Origin: a virus
IMG/VR virus record: IMGVR_UViG_3300012090_000001
Location: 1-60,163 of that record
Direction: 5' to 3' (one strand)
DNA length: 60,163 nt
Both the position numbers and the translations under genes were made by a program. Shown piece after piece: positions 8,940-17,918 of the stretch. Position 1 is the first letter of the stretch. Every line of letters starts with the position of its first letter. A model generated the notes under the pieces. The model did no database searches, was not told the origin of the DNA, and worked only from the letters and a program-made list of their open reading frames with translations.

Positions 8940-8987
8940 GTCATTTACGAAAGGTCTGTGGTTGCACGCATTCCAGGGATTCAGCCG

Positions 8988-9299
8988 ATGTTGCCCATCC
9001 TGCTTATCGTGTGGCTTCTGTGTGCGTTCATGGGGGCTTATGTCGCTCAGTGCAAGGGCCGAGTTGGCATGGAAGGCGCGGTGTTCGGCTTTGCGTTGGG
9101 ACCGATCGGCATTCTGATCGAAGCCTTGATGCCTTCGGTCGCGAGGGCTCAGCCGTCGTCGAGCGAGCCAGAGAAGAAGCCAGACGTCGCGAGGCCGAAG
9201 CCCTTGGTCTCCAAGGACGACGTGGCGATGGACTTCGTCATGGACATGGTCAAGCAGGGCGAGAAGAAGAACCGATCGATCCGCATCGAGGAGCCTTGA
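8988..9299 (+). CDS. Small membrane protein, opposite-strand moron inside tail module (103 aa from ATG 8988; track start 8958)
   Basis: Two hydrophobic helices (MLPILLIVWLLCAFMGAYVA; AVFGFALGPIGILIEALM), then a charged tail. The only plus-strand gene in the 0-27 kb block. Confidence 0.6.
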   Translation: MLPILLIVWLLCAFMGAYVAQCKGRVGMEGAVFGFALGPIGILIEALMPSVARAQPSSSEPEKKPDVARPKPLVSKDDVAMDFVMDMVKQGEKKNRSIRIEEP

Positions 9300-9302
9300 G
9301 CA

Positions 9303-9878
9303 TCAAGGTCTAGCCGCCCACGGTCTCGGGGCTGGAGCCCTCGTGGCTGGCGGGGTCCAGTCGATCGGCGGGGGCGTGTAGATGCGAGGCGGGGGAGGGG
9401 GAGATTTTGACCTCCACCGTTTAATCGCTTCGTTCTGAATCCAGATCTTGCCCCTCGGCGAGATGCCGATCACGTTGTAGACGCCGCCGGGACGATCGGC
9501 GTGATAGGACAACACCTTCGTCCAGGGGTCTCCGCTGATCGGATCGACCAACCAAGTGATGCGAACGTGGGTGGGATACGCCTGGCCGGTGAGGAGAGAG
9601 CGAGTCCGTGATAATCTGGACGCCGGCATCAGGTAGGGCCCAGTCAGCCGCCAAGGTGGGGCGCTGCTCATCGCCGACTTGCGATACTCCTGGGTCTTCG
9701 GGAGTACGCCTGGCATCTTCTCGCCGCGAGCGTTCCACCCCAGGCTCAACTCGAACTGCTTCCGCTGGAGCGCCACGTCCTTCACGATCTCGAAGAACGC
9801 GAGGCGGGTGGCCTCTGGTGCAACCCGCACGTCGAGCGGGGCAATATTGCCGATGGTGAAGTAGTAGCGGCGTGCCAT
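9303..9878 (-). CDS. Hypothetical tail-module protein (191 aa)
   Basis: ORF track; coding-like composition; Pro-rich C-terminus. Confidence 0.65.
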   Translation of the reverse strand: MARRYYFTIGNIAPLDVRVAPEATRLAFFEIVKDVALQRKQFELSLGWNARGEKMPGVLPKTQEYRKSAMSSAPPWRLTGPYLMPASRLSRTRSLLTGQAYPTHVRITWLVDPISGDPWTKVLSYHADRPGGVYNVIGISPRGKIWIQNEAIKRWRSKSPPPPPRIYTPPPIDWTPPATRAPAPRPWAARP

Positions 9879-9896
9879 GAAAGATCGCTAAGGATA

Positions 9897-9913
9897 TTTC
9901 GCAATTTGCGAAA
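9897..9913. repeat. 17-bp AT-rich palindrome TTTCGCAA-T-TTGCGAAA, copy 1 (intergenic)
   Basis: 8-bp perfect arms. The exact reverse complement recurs at 23745..23761. Confidence 0.9.
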
Positions 9914-9921
9914 AGCCAGCC

Positions 9922-10146
9922 CTACTCGGCTTCTGGCGGTATGGGCGGTCGGCCCTGGATCTCTTTGTCGAGATAGGCGTCGCACATGGCGTCAAAGTTC
10001 TCAACCGCCTTACTCGTCGCCGCGATCAGCGAGCACACGGCTTTCGCCTCGGAGCCGACGGCCTCCAAGGCGGCCCGCTCCTCGTCCGAGAACGCCCACT
10101 TCACGGCATCGTCCGGATTCCAGGCCGGCTCAGCGTTACCCTTCAT
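9922..10146 (-). CDS. Hypothetical protein (74 aa; possible tail chaperone by position)
   Basis: ORF track; ATGA overlap with the upstream gene. Confidence 0.6.
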   Translation of the reverse strand: MKGNAEPAWNPDDAVKWAFSDEERAALEAVGSEAKAVCSLIAATSKAVENFDAMCDAYLDKEIQGRPPIPPEAE

Positions 10147-10379
10147 AGTTTCACCTTGAACTGCGAGAGCGGCAGCCGCACATTCTGGCGGATCGTGGGG
10201 AACGTGACGTGGGCGATGCCGGCGCCGTCGACGTCGATGATCCGCCCGGTGGGTTCCTTCGGGTCGGCAATCTGGAGGTGCGAGCCCCAGCCGCCAACGA
10301 GGGTGACGAGGTCTCCGGGCCCGAGGGGCTTGAGGGGAGCAGGAGGAGCCGCAATCTCTGTCTTCTCTTCATCAGCCAT
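10143..10379 (-). CDS. Hypothetical protein (78 aa; possible tail chaperone by position)
   Basis: ORF track; directly downstream of the tube candidate. Confidence 0.6.
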   Translation of the reverse strand: MADEEKTEIAAPPAPLKPLGPGDLVTLVGGWGSHLQIADPKEPTGRIIDVDGAGIAHVTFPTIRQNVRLPLSQFKVKL

Positions 10380-10399
10380 CGAAGTCTAAGCCCCCTCAC

Positions 10400-11383
10400 T
10401 CAGGTGTAGGCCACGGTGAAGTCGCTGCCCACGCTCGTGTCGTAGGCGTTGGTGATGGTCCCGGTCCACTTCAGCGGGCCGTCCAGCGGGACGTCCTCGG
10501 TCATGTCCGTCCAGCGGTTGTTCGTGTTGAAGTCGAACTTCAGCGTGTTCGTGCCGTTGAACAGGGTGACCTCGACGTCGAGCGCCGTCAGAGCCCTGAA
10601 TGAGGCGAGGTCGTCGGGGGACGGCTTGCGGTAGAGGCCCACCTGGATCTCGACTTTCCGCCCCGAGAACGCGATGGTCTGGGGGTAACGCGCTTCCCAG
10701 GCGCTCGCCGTCAGCGTGTTGGTGACGGTGATCGAGATCGAGTCGAAGAGGGTTCGCGAGGAGCCGATTTTCAAGCCGCCCGCGGTGTGGCTGAACAAGA
10801 ACGGATCGCAGGAGTAGAGCGAATCCGTCGGGGCGGGGAACTCCGTAGCGTCGGGATCGGCCACGGTTCCCGCCGCGTTCGTGTCGTCCCTAATCCCGGT
10901 CAGGTTGTAGTTGTACTTCCAGACGGGGTCCTGGCGAGACGCGGTGTACGTCGCCGTGCCGACTTTCAGACCAGACCCCCTACGCCGCTTGTAAGTCCCG
11001 CTGTTCTCAAGGACGGCCCTATATGCCGACACGCTCGCCAGGTCCCCAGGCGGCATGACGAAGTTGGCGTCCGTGGTCGTCCATGGCGTGGTCCTGCCCG
11101 TATTGACCGGCGTGCAGGCCCAACCCGTCAAGAACTTGCTGATGCTGGCGTACAGTTCGCCCTGGAGCGTCCCGGTGAACACGTAGCCGTCGCTGTAGAA
11201 GCAGACGGTCGTGCTCAGTCCGTTGCCGCCCGCGATCTGGCCGATCACCGGCTTCATCAGCGGCGTGTAGGCGTTCGACTGAGACTCGCGGATGTAGAAA
11301 GCGCTCGTCCCATTCACGGGGCTCGCGATCGGCGTCCCGAAGCTGGTCTCTTGATTGAGCCAGAGGAAGTTGCGTGCGGCCAT
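10400..11383 (-). CDS. Major tail (tube) protein candidate (327 aa)
   Basis: Position after the neck genes and before the chaperone-like/TMP genes; beta-rich sequence; no sheath gene seen. Confidence 0.5.
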   Translation of the reverse strand: MAARNFLWLNQETSFGTPIASPVNGTSAFYIRESQSNAYTPLMKPVIGQIAGGNGLSTTVCFYSDGYVFTGTLQGELYASISKFLTGWACTPVNTGRTTPWTTTDANFVMPPGDLASVSAYRAVLENSGTYKRRRGSGLKVGTATYTASRQDPVWKYNYNLTGIRDDTNAAGTVADPDATEFPAPTDSLYSCDPFLFSHTAGGLKIGSSRTLFDSISITVTNTLTASAWEARYPQTIAFSGRKVEIQVGLYRKPSPDDLASFRALTALDVEVTLFNGTNTLKFDFNTNNRWTDMTEDVPLDGPLKWTGTITNAYDTSVGSDFTVAYT

Positions 11384-11405
11384 GTCTTTTAATATCCCTC
11401 CGGAC

Positions 11406-11915
11406 TCAAGGATTGAAGGCGCGAATGACGTCGACCTGCATCAGGCCGGGGGTGATCTGAACGGTGTTCTCGTCGGCGCCGGCGAAGGACGTCGGCTGAG
11501 AGAAGGTGATGAGGCCGGTGTGCGAGCCCGCGTCCCGAAGCGCCTTCTGGATGGCCAGCTCTTTTGTCTGGTCGCCGACTGGATAGAAGGCGTTCTCGAC
11601 CGCCTCCCAGAGGTTCAGGACGTCGAGCATGTCGAGCGAGCCGCTGGACGTGCCGACGACGAGCATCTCGACCTTGACCTGAAGGTTCCCCAACTGGGCG
11701 TCAGGCGAGTACCACTGGACGGGCCCGAGCAGCGGCGTAAGGCGAATGGTCGTCTCGGTCGACGCACAGGCTGGAGCCTTGATGCCGTCAATCCTCGGTA
11801 TCGCCGTGATCCAATGCTTGACGACGGATTCGAGAACGGGGTCGGTGACGAGGTAGTTAATGAGCACCTCGTAAACGCGGGCCCGATTGCCGCTTGGAAG
11901 TCCCGGAATGCTCAT
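11406..11915 (-). CDS. Neck / head-tail joining protein candidate (169 aa)
   Basis: Position only; ORF track. Confidence 0.45.
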   Translation of the reverse strand: MSIPGLPSGNRARVYEVLINYLVTDPVLESVVKHWITAIPRIDGIKAPACASTETTIRLTPLLGPVQWYSPDAQLGNLQVKVEMLVVGTSSGSLDMLDVLNLWEAVENAFYPVGDQTKELAIQKALRDAGSHTGLITFSQPTSFAGADENTVQITPGLMQVDVIRAFNP

Positions 11916-11918
11916 GGG

Positions 11919-12770
11919 TCAGCGGCTCACTCGCCCGAAGGGCACGTAGGCGATGTTGATCGGGGGAGGGGCGTCGTCGCCGACGAAGTGCATGCGGCAG
12001 GACTGGAGGGTCTTCTCGGCCATATCCGCGTACTCGGCCTTCATGGCGTCGATGGAATCGGCGGCGATCTTCGACGGGGGATTCCGCCGCAGGATCGTCC
12101 AGATCGTGCGATAGACGCTCGCCTTGACGATCTGGCTTGCCCCGGGGGCGTCGAAGTCGATGGAGTCGGCCTTGAGGGCGTCGCCGTAGGCCACGGTCGG
12201 CGGCACGCCTCGCCAGCAGGTGCGATATCGAGACGCCTCGTACACCGCGTTGTCGATCCAATCCCTCGCGTCCTCGGCTGCTGCCTGAAACGCCGTTTGG
12301 TCTTTGAACTCGTCGGCGAGGTCGTCGATCCAACTGCACTCGTCCGTGAGGTCGGAGTAGGTGTGATAGACGGCGCGGGCGGTTCGGCTTCCAGGCCCGG
12401 CGTAGATCTTGAACCGGCCGTCGACGAGGAGTTCAGAGTCCCGCGGCGGATCGGCTTCGTCGTCGGCGGGAATATAGATCTTGAACCGCCACCACCCGAG
12501 CGTCAGGGTCGTCATGGCGGCTTCGGGGAATCCGAGCGTCACGGTCGGCTTGTTCGCGTTGAACGACGACCCGTCGTCCGCCACGTACCACGCTACGGGG
12601 AGTGTGGTCGACACGCTCCGGCTTCCGCCAGGCCAGACGTCGCACGCGAGCGGCTCCGTGCCGTTGAAGCCGACGGCCGGTGCCCAACTGCCCTTGGGAG
12701 CCCTGCCTCTCAGCAAGATCTCCTCGTCATCGCCGCCTACGCCGTGTTGTTTGGGGGAAGCTGTGTACAT
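11919..12770 (-). CDS. Hypothetical structural protein (283 aa)
   Basis: ORF track; 3-nt gap to the next gene. Confidence 0.6.
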   Translation of the reverse strand: MYTASPKQHGVGGDDEEILLRGRAPKGSWAPAVGFNGTEPLACDVWPGGSRSVSTTLPVAWYVADDGSSFNANKPTVTLGFPEAAMTTLTLGWWRFKIYIPADDEADPPRDSELLVDGRFKIYAGPGSRTARAVYHTYSDLTDECSWIDDLADEFKDQTAFQAAAEDARDWIDNAVYEASRYRTCWRGVPPTVAYGDALKADSIDFDAPGASQIVKASVYRTIWTILRRNPPSKIAADSIDAMKAEYADMAEKTLQSCRMHFVGDDAPPPINIAYVPFGRVSR

Positions 12771-12784
12771 GGGAGGATTAAGAC

Positions 12785-13168
12785 TCAGCGACTGCCGGGC
12801 GACCGTCTCAGGATCGCCTCGGATTCCATCGTCTCGACGATCAGCGAGAGCATGCCGAACGGCGTGTAGCGTGAGCGGGGGGTGTCGAAGGCTTCGCTGT
12901 CTAAGAGGAACTTCTTCGCTAAGCCCGACGGCTCGTGGCGGATCGCCACCATCACGTAGTGCTCAGGGTCGAGCACGTCGGAGCCGTTGTCAGTCGTCAG
13001 CGTGAAGTTGGGGTTAGCGGCCATCACGTCCGCCATCGCCTTGCCTACGCGGTTGCGGAAATCGTTGTTTGCTTCGCCGTCGTGTCCCATCAGCTTCCGA
13101 CTCCAAAAGGTCTGGAATACGGATCTCATGAGGCACGCGACATCGGGCCACGGGGATTTGAAGATCAC
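12785..13168 (-). CDS. Hypothetical structural protein (127 aa)
   Basis: ORF track; between capsid and neck genes. Confidence 0.6.
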   Translation of the reverse strand: MIFKSPWPDVACLMRSVFQTFWSRKLMGHDGEANNDFRNRVGKAMADVMAANPNFTLTTDNGSDVLDPEHYVMVAIRHEPSGLAKKFLLDSEAFDTPRSRYTPFGMLSLIVETMESEAILRRSPGSR

Positions 13169-13192
13169 CGGGCTGCGTCGCCCGGCGGGAGG

Positions 13193-13477
13193 TTACTGAG
13201 CGTTCAACAACTTCGACGCGGCGGACGCCGCAGAACGCACCGGAAGGCACTTTCCGTCGAATGAGTAGGACGGGGGAGATTCGCTCTCCAATCGCCCTGC
13301 CATCATCAACGGGCCGCTAACGCCGTCGACGTAGACCCAGCGGTCGAAGCCTTGATGGCGATGGGTGGTGAGCACGTCAGCCACAACGCGCCATGCCGAG
13401 GCGTCGAGAGGTTCAGGTATGACCCTGAACTCATCCCTGAGCAGCCATCGGGCGAGCCTGCGAAGCCAGGTCATCAC
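13193..13477 (-). CDS. Hypothetical protein (94 aa)
   Basis: ORF track; ATGA-type overlap with the upstream gene. Confidence 0.6.
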   Translation of the reverse strand: MMTWLRRLARWLLRDEFRVIPEPLDASAWRVVADVLTTHRHQGFDRWVYVDGVSGPLMMAGRLESESPPSYSFDGKCLPVRSAASAASKLLNAQ

Positions 13478-14169
13478 TTCGGCGGCTCAGGCTTGGGGGG
13501 AGTCGCTGGCGTAGGAGCCGGCACCGGCTTGGGAGGCACGGGCACAACGGGGGCGGGAGTCGGCTTCGGCGGGACAGGCTTCGGCACGTTGCCCTTCTCC
13601 TCCTGAGTGTCGCCCTTGTCGGCGTCCTCGCGGTGCTCGGGATCGGCGGTCGCCGCGTCCTCCTTCACCTCGAACACCTTGCCGGCGTCGTCCTTGTTAT
13701 CGGGCGACAGGAAGGCAGCCGGCTCGCCGCGGATGATCTTGGCGTTGGGTCCGCCGAGCGGGCCGGCGCTCTTCAGCGGCTTGCGGTCGTCGATGGCGGG
13801 GGTCGCGCCGTTCGGGTCGCCGGCCAAACCCTTGACGTCCGCGATCATCTTGGCGAGCGCGGCCCGCTGGACGTCGAGCGACTTCAAGAGCTGATCCGGG
13901 CGCTCGAACACGTCGCCGGCCACCTGATCGAGAGTTCCGGCCTTGATCCGATCCACGACCTGACCGATGGCGAGCGCGATGGCGTCGGCCTGCGAGCCCG
14001 TCTTGGCCAGGTTGCGGAGATGCGGGTCCTTCAAACCCGCGGCATCGGCCTCCTGATCGACGTAGTCCGAGAAGCCCCGGAACGCGATCGGGACGTTCTC
14101 GACGACCCGCTGTTTCTTGTTCTTGTCGGCCGCCTTGCTCTGTGGCGTGGGGACGTACTGATCGGACAT
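13474..14169 (-). CDS. Head-module protein with Pro-rich C-terminus (231 aa from ATG 14169; track start 14232)
   Basis: GAGAGGG Shine-Dalgarno before ATG 14169; C-terminal PKPVPPKPTPAPVVPVPPKP repeats. Confidence 0.6.
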   Translation of the reverse strand: MSDQYVPTPQSKAADKNKKQRVVENVPIAFRGFSDYVDQEADAAGLKDPHLRNLAKTGSQADAIALAIGQVVDRIKAGTLDQVAGDVFERPDQLLKSLDVQRAALAKMIADVKGLAGDPNGATPAIDDRKPLKSAGPLGGPNAKIIRGEPAAFLSPDNKDDAGKVFEVKEDAATADPEHREDADKGDTQEEKGNVPKPVPPKPTPAPVVPVPPKPVPAPTPATPPKPEPPK

Positions 14170-14239
14170 CGCTTCAGCCCTCTCGATTTGAGAATGAACG
14201 AGGGGCCGTCCTTGGCCCCCTTTAGAGCCCAACTGGAAA

Positions 14240-15406
14240 TCAAGAGTCCTTGGCGAAGCCGGTCACGCCCTCAACCCAGGCGTGGTGAGCCGGGTTGTCG
14301 AGCTCGACGGCCAGTTCGACGATGACGTCGCCCTCGAAGGCGTCGCCGCGACGACCGCGGGGCAGGTCGAGCATCGACCGCTTGACGCGGATGCGGACCT
14401 CGGAGGACGACAGGGCGACCGCGGTGCCCGGCTTGAGCATCGGGTCGGGGACGATGTAAGCGCCGCTCACGAACGGCGAGATGAACAGGGAGACCGCCGT
14501 GCCGAGCTTCGTCTCGCCGGCCGGGACGACCTGAAGGGCGTTGCCCCAGGTGGCGAGGCCGGACTGGAAGTCGGTGCTGACCAACAGGAGGTCGGGGTTG
14601 CCGCCGCCCTGCGTGGACTTGGCGATCAGGTCGCGGGCCAGGTCGCTCGGCTTGTAGGCCGACGCGTTGGTGGGCGACGCGGTGAAGTTGGTGCCCGGGA
14701 CGATGTTCCGGATGCCGAGCATCATGGGGCGGCTGGTCGGGCCGCTCATCGCGACGCCGGTGCCGTAGAGGATGGCCGACTCGGCGTCGTCCGACGTGTG
14801 CTGGATGGCCAGCGTGCGGAAGCGGTCGAGCGGGGTGGAACCAACCCCGGCCACGTAGTTGGAGTTCGCCTGGAGGGCGCCGCCGACCTGATACGGATGC
14901 TGGATCGTCTGCAGGTACTGGGTGTACGTGTCGGCGATCCGGGCGATGCCGTCCTGGTCGACTTCGGCACCCGTCCGGGTGTTGGTGATGAGCTGGATGG
15001 CGAGCTGGTTGGGGGCGGAGCCGGCGGTGTGCGCGGCGGCCGTAGTCCCGTCGTAGCCGCGGCTGACGGTGATGGTCGTGCCGTCGGCGGTCCGGGCGGT
15101 GACGAGCATCAGCTCGTTCTCCACCTTCAGGACGTCGCCGGCCTCCCACATCGTCGCGTCGACCGGCGTCATCGAGGTCGCGCTGTTCGTGATGTCGGCG
15201 CTGAGGTTGGTCAACCGCGGCCGGTAGCCGTCGCCGATGACGATGAACTCGGGCGAACCCACGGGGAGCTTCGGCAACCGGGTCAGCAACGGCGTGCGGT
15301 TGATGTGCTGGTTGATGGCGACGCCGAACACGTCGCGGGGGATCAGGCCGCCGTTGAACGCAGAATACTGCGTCAGCGGCATGGGCGTGTAATCGAAGGC
15401 TGCCAT
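14240..15406 (-). CDS. Major capsid protein (HK97-fold candidate, 388 aa)
   Basis: Follows the scaffold gene. N-terminal ...NRTPLLTRLPKLPVGSPEF... resembles the SU10/DUF5309-type capsid family, by eye. Confidence 0.75.
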   Translation of the reverse strand: MAAFDYTPMPLTQYSAFNGGLIPRDVFGVAINQHINRTPLLTRLPKLPVGSPEFIVIGDGYRPRLTNLSADITNSATSMTPVDATMWEAGDVLKVENELMLVTARTADGTTITVSRGYDGTTAAAHTAGSAPNQLAIQLITNTRTGAEVDQDGIARIADTYTQYLQTIQHPYQVGGALQANSNYVAGVGSTPLDRFRTLAIQHTSDDAESAILYGTGVAMSGPTSRPMMLGIRNIVPGTNFTASPTNASAYKPSDLARDLIAKSTQGGGNPDLLLVSTDFQSGLATWGNALQVVPAGETKLGTAVSLFISPFVSGAYIVPDPMLKPGTAVALSSSEVRIRVKRSMLDLPRGRRGDAFEGDVIVELAVELDNPAHHAWVEGVTGFAKDS

Positions 15407-15471
15407 GATTCGTCAATCTCCATCCGTCCCGGGACTGCTGGAAGCCCGGCGACGGCGACAGATGGGGCGGG

Positions 15472-16215
15472 TCAGTTGAATTTGGGCTTGAGCCCGACCC
15501 CGGCGAACAGCGTCGGGGTTGCGTTCCTTTGCGCCACCATCTCGTCGAGGAGCGAGGGCGGCTGGTTCGTCTGGGTCGCGGGAGGACGGCCTCCGTCGGT
15601 GCCGGCCCCGCCGCGTGCGGAGGCTGCGAGGAAGAACGCCAGCTTGGGGTCGCTCAGGCGTTCGCGTATCAGGTCGGCGGCTGGTCGCCGACTCACCTTC
15701 TCAACCACGGACGTCGAGCCGTCCGAATTCTCGATCACTTCCAGGCTGTCCTTGATGTTGGCCGCGAACATGCGGGCGGCTTCGCCCCGCGCGGCCTCGT
15801 CGTCTCCTGCGAACGTGATGCCGCCCAGCGACTGGGCCAGGGTGGCGTTCACCTTCTCGGCGTTGTATCGCTGCTGGAACGCGGCGAGACGCGAGGACGT
15901 CTCCTGTTCCTTCTGCGCCCAGATCTGCTTCTGCTGTTCGAGGGCCTGTTCGATCTGGCCCTTCTCGGCCATCGCCCGGATCGCCTTCTGCTGCTCGGCT
16001 TCCATGGCGGCCTGCTGGGCGGTGCGGAAGTCGTTGAGTTCCCGCTCGAGCCCGACGTATCGCTGGAGCTGGTCGAGGGCCACCGTCACGAGTTGCGGCG
16101 CGGGGCGATCCGGCGAGCCGACGGGCGGCTGCTGGAAGGTCGGGTTGACCGACGGGGACTGCTGCGTTTCCTGGGGGGCGGCGTTCGGCGTCCCGGCGTT
16201 GGCTTCGGAACTCAT
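15472..16215 (-). CDS. Scaffolding protein candidate (247 aa)
   Basis: Gln/Ala/Glu-rich coiled coil between the portal and capsid genes. Confidence 0.65.
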   Translation of the reverse strand: MSSEANAGTPNAAPQETQQSPSVNPTFQQPPVGSPDRPAPQLVTVALDQLQRYVGLERELNDFRTAQQAAMEAEQQKAIRAMAEKGQIEQALEQQKQIWAQKEQETSSRLAAFQQRYNAEKVNATLAQSLGGITFAGDDEAARGEAARMFAANIKDSLEVIENSDGSTSVVEKVSRRPAADLIRERLSDPKLAFFLAASARGGAGTDGGRPPATQTNQPPSLLDEMVAQRNATPTLFAGVGLKPKFN

Positions 16216-17912
16216 CGGGGATTGCTCTCAACTGTTGCTTGGGGTTGGGGAGGATTCCCCGCGGCGTTGATCTGCTGATTCGACGTGACGGGACCGCCGT
16301 TGGCAGCGTCGATCTGGATCGACTCCTGCATCTCGGCGGCCTGCTCTATCGCTTCCTTGCGGGTTTCCAGGTGCGTCTCGATCTCGGCGTCGAACGACTC
16401 GTAAACTTCGTCGGGGAGGCCGGGGAGGAGGAGGCGGACGGTCTTCTGGAGGATGCGGGATTCGGTGACAGGCATCGCCCCCACCATCGACAACAGCGCC
16501 TCGAACCGCTCGGAGCCGTCGAGGAACTCGGGGAGGGAGTCGAGGTCGAACTCGGTGGGATACTCGATCTTGATGGAGCCTTCGGGAGGCTCCTTGCCGC
16601 CGGTCAGGACGATGTGGGCAAGCCGAGCGGACTTCTCCTCGAACCGCTGGAGGACTTTCGCTATCTCGGCCAACAGGTCGTATGCGTCAGACTGATCCAA
16701 CCGCTTGGATACGCCGCTCTGGGCGACGGTTTCTCCTGTGCTCCCGGCCGCACCGGCGGGCTTGGTCTGGCATGTGGCGCGGTCGGCCCGGTCGTAGGCG
16801 TTGGCGAGGTTGGCGCGAAGCGATTCGGGCGCACCCTTCGGCGGGTCGACATAGTCCCACGTCTGCTCGATCGACGAGGTGCCTTTAGTAACGATCGGCT
16901 TCGGCAGGACGTTGTTGGGCCCGAGGGGAACGACCGCATTAGCCTTGCAATACTGCTCGGGGCCCGTCGGGATCGGGTGAGACTGGCTGGCGTCGTTGAG
17001 CACCAGTTCGGATTCCCGGTTGTAGACGTCCCGCTGGATCTCGGCGACGGATTCATACCTCGCCATCGCCACGTTCTCGCAGCGGGGGCGGATCGGGTCG
17101 TCCATGCCGCGGAAGATCGGAACGACGCCGTAATCGTGGGTGTCGCCGCCCTGCTTGCCCTCCAGTTGCTTGCCCTTGTCGTCGTAGCGAACCCATTCGG
17201 TCGCGTTCCAGTAGACGTAGGTGCAAGCGGCGGCGGCCTTCGGCTCTCGGATCAGGACTTCGGTGTATTCGCCGGTCCAGTCGAGAGTCCACCAGACCAC
17301 GTTTTCGGGGAGCGCCAGCGACGCCAAGCAGCGGTCGAGCTTCAGCCGAGCCACGTCGGCCTTGGTCTTCACAGTGGACCCCGCAGGGATCGGCGGATGG
17401 TCGAACACGACGTCCAAATTGCCCATCGTGAGAAGGAGCGGGGCAACGCGACTCGACATCCAGTGGTCGGCGGAACTCCCCCGCCCATCCACGTCCTTCC
17501 ACCACTGCTCAAGGACGTCGGGGCCGGTCCTGCGAATCTCCTGGTTGAAGATCGCCCCCAGGTGCTTATCGATCGCCTCGGCGAAGATGGTGGGAACAGG
17601 GGTCCGCATCAGTCGCAAAGCGTAGTCGGGCGAAGTCGGGCAACCCGCCGCACCGGGACCCATCTCCCATTCCAGCTTGTGGGGCACGAGGTTGCGGATC
17701 TGCCCGACCATCGCCGTGGCGTCGAGAAAGACGAACGGCGATGCGGGCACTGGATAGACCGCAAACCGATAGGCGTCTCCGCCCTCATAGGAGTCCAACA
17801 GCCAACGCCACTTCGCCCAATTCTCAGCCCACTCGGGATGAGGGGCGTCGATCGTGCGCCCATCGGGCAGCGTGATCTTCGGAAACGAGATTGTGCTGAG
17901 ATTGGAATACAT
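16212..17912 (-). CDS. Portal protein (566 aa)
   Basis: Size and position directly after TerL; ATGA overlap with the scaffold gene. Confidence 0.75.
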   Translation of the reverse strand: MYSNLSTISFPKITLPDGRTIDAPHPEWAENWAKWRWLLDSYEGGDAYRFAVYPVPASPFVFLDATAMVGQIRNLVPHKLEWEMGPGAAGCPTSPDYALRLMRTPVPTIFAEAIDKHLGAIFNQEIRRTGPDVLEQWWKDVDGRGSSADHWMSSRVAPLLLTMGNLDVVFDHPPIPAGSTVKTKADVARLKLDRCLASLALPENVVWWTLDWTGEYTEVLIREPKAAAACTYVYWNATEWVRYDDKGKQLEGKQGGDTHDYGVVPIFRGMDDPIRPRCENVAMARYESVAEIQRDVYNRESELVLNDASQSHPIPTGPEQYCKANAVVPLGPNNVLPKPIVTKGTSSIEQTWDYVDPPKGAPESLRANLANAYDRADRATCQTKPAGAAGSTGETVAQSGVSKRLDQSDAYDLLAEIAKVLQRFEEKSARLAHIVLTGGKEPPEGSIKIEYPTEFDLDSLPEFLDGSERFEALLSMVGAMPVTESRILQKTVRLLLPGLPDEVYESFDAEIETHLETRKEAIEQAAEMQESIQIDAANGGPVTSNQQINAAGNPPQPQATVESNPR

Positions 17913-17918
17913 GGATGG

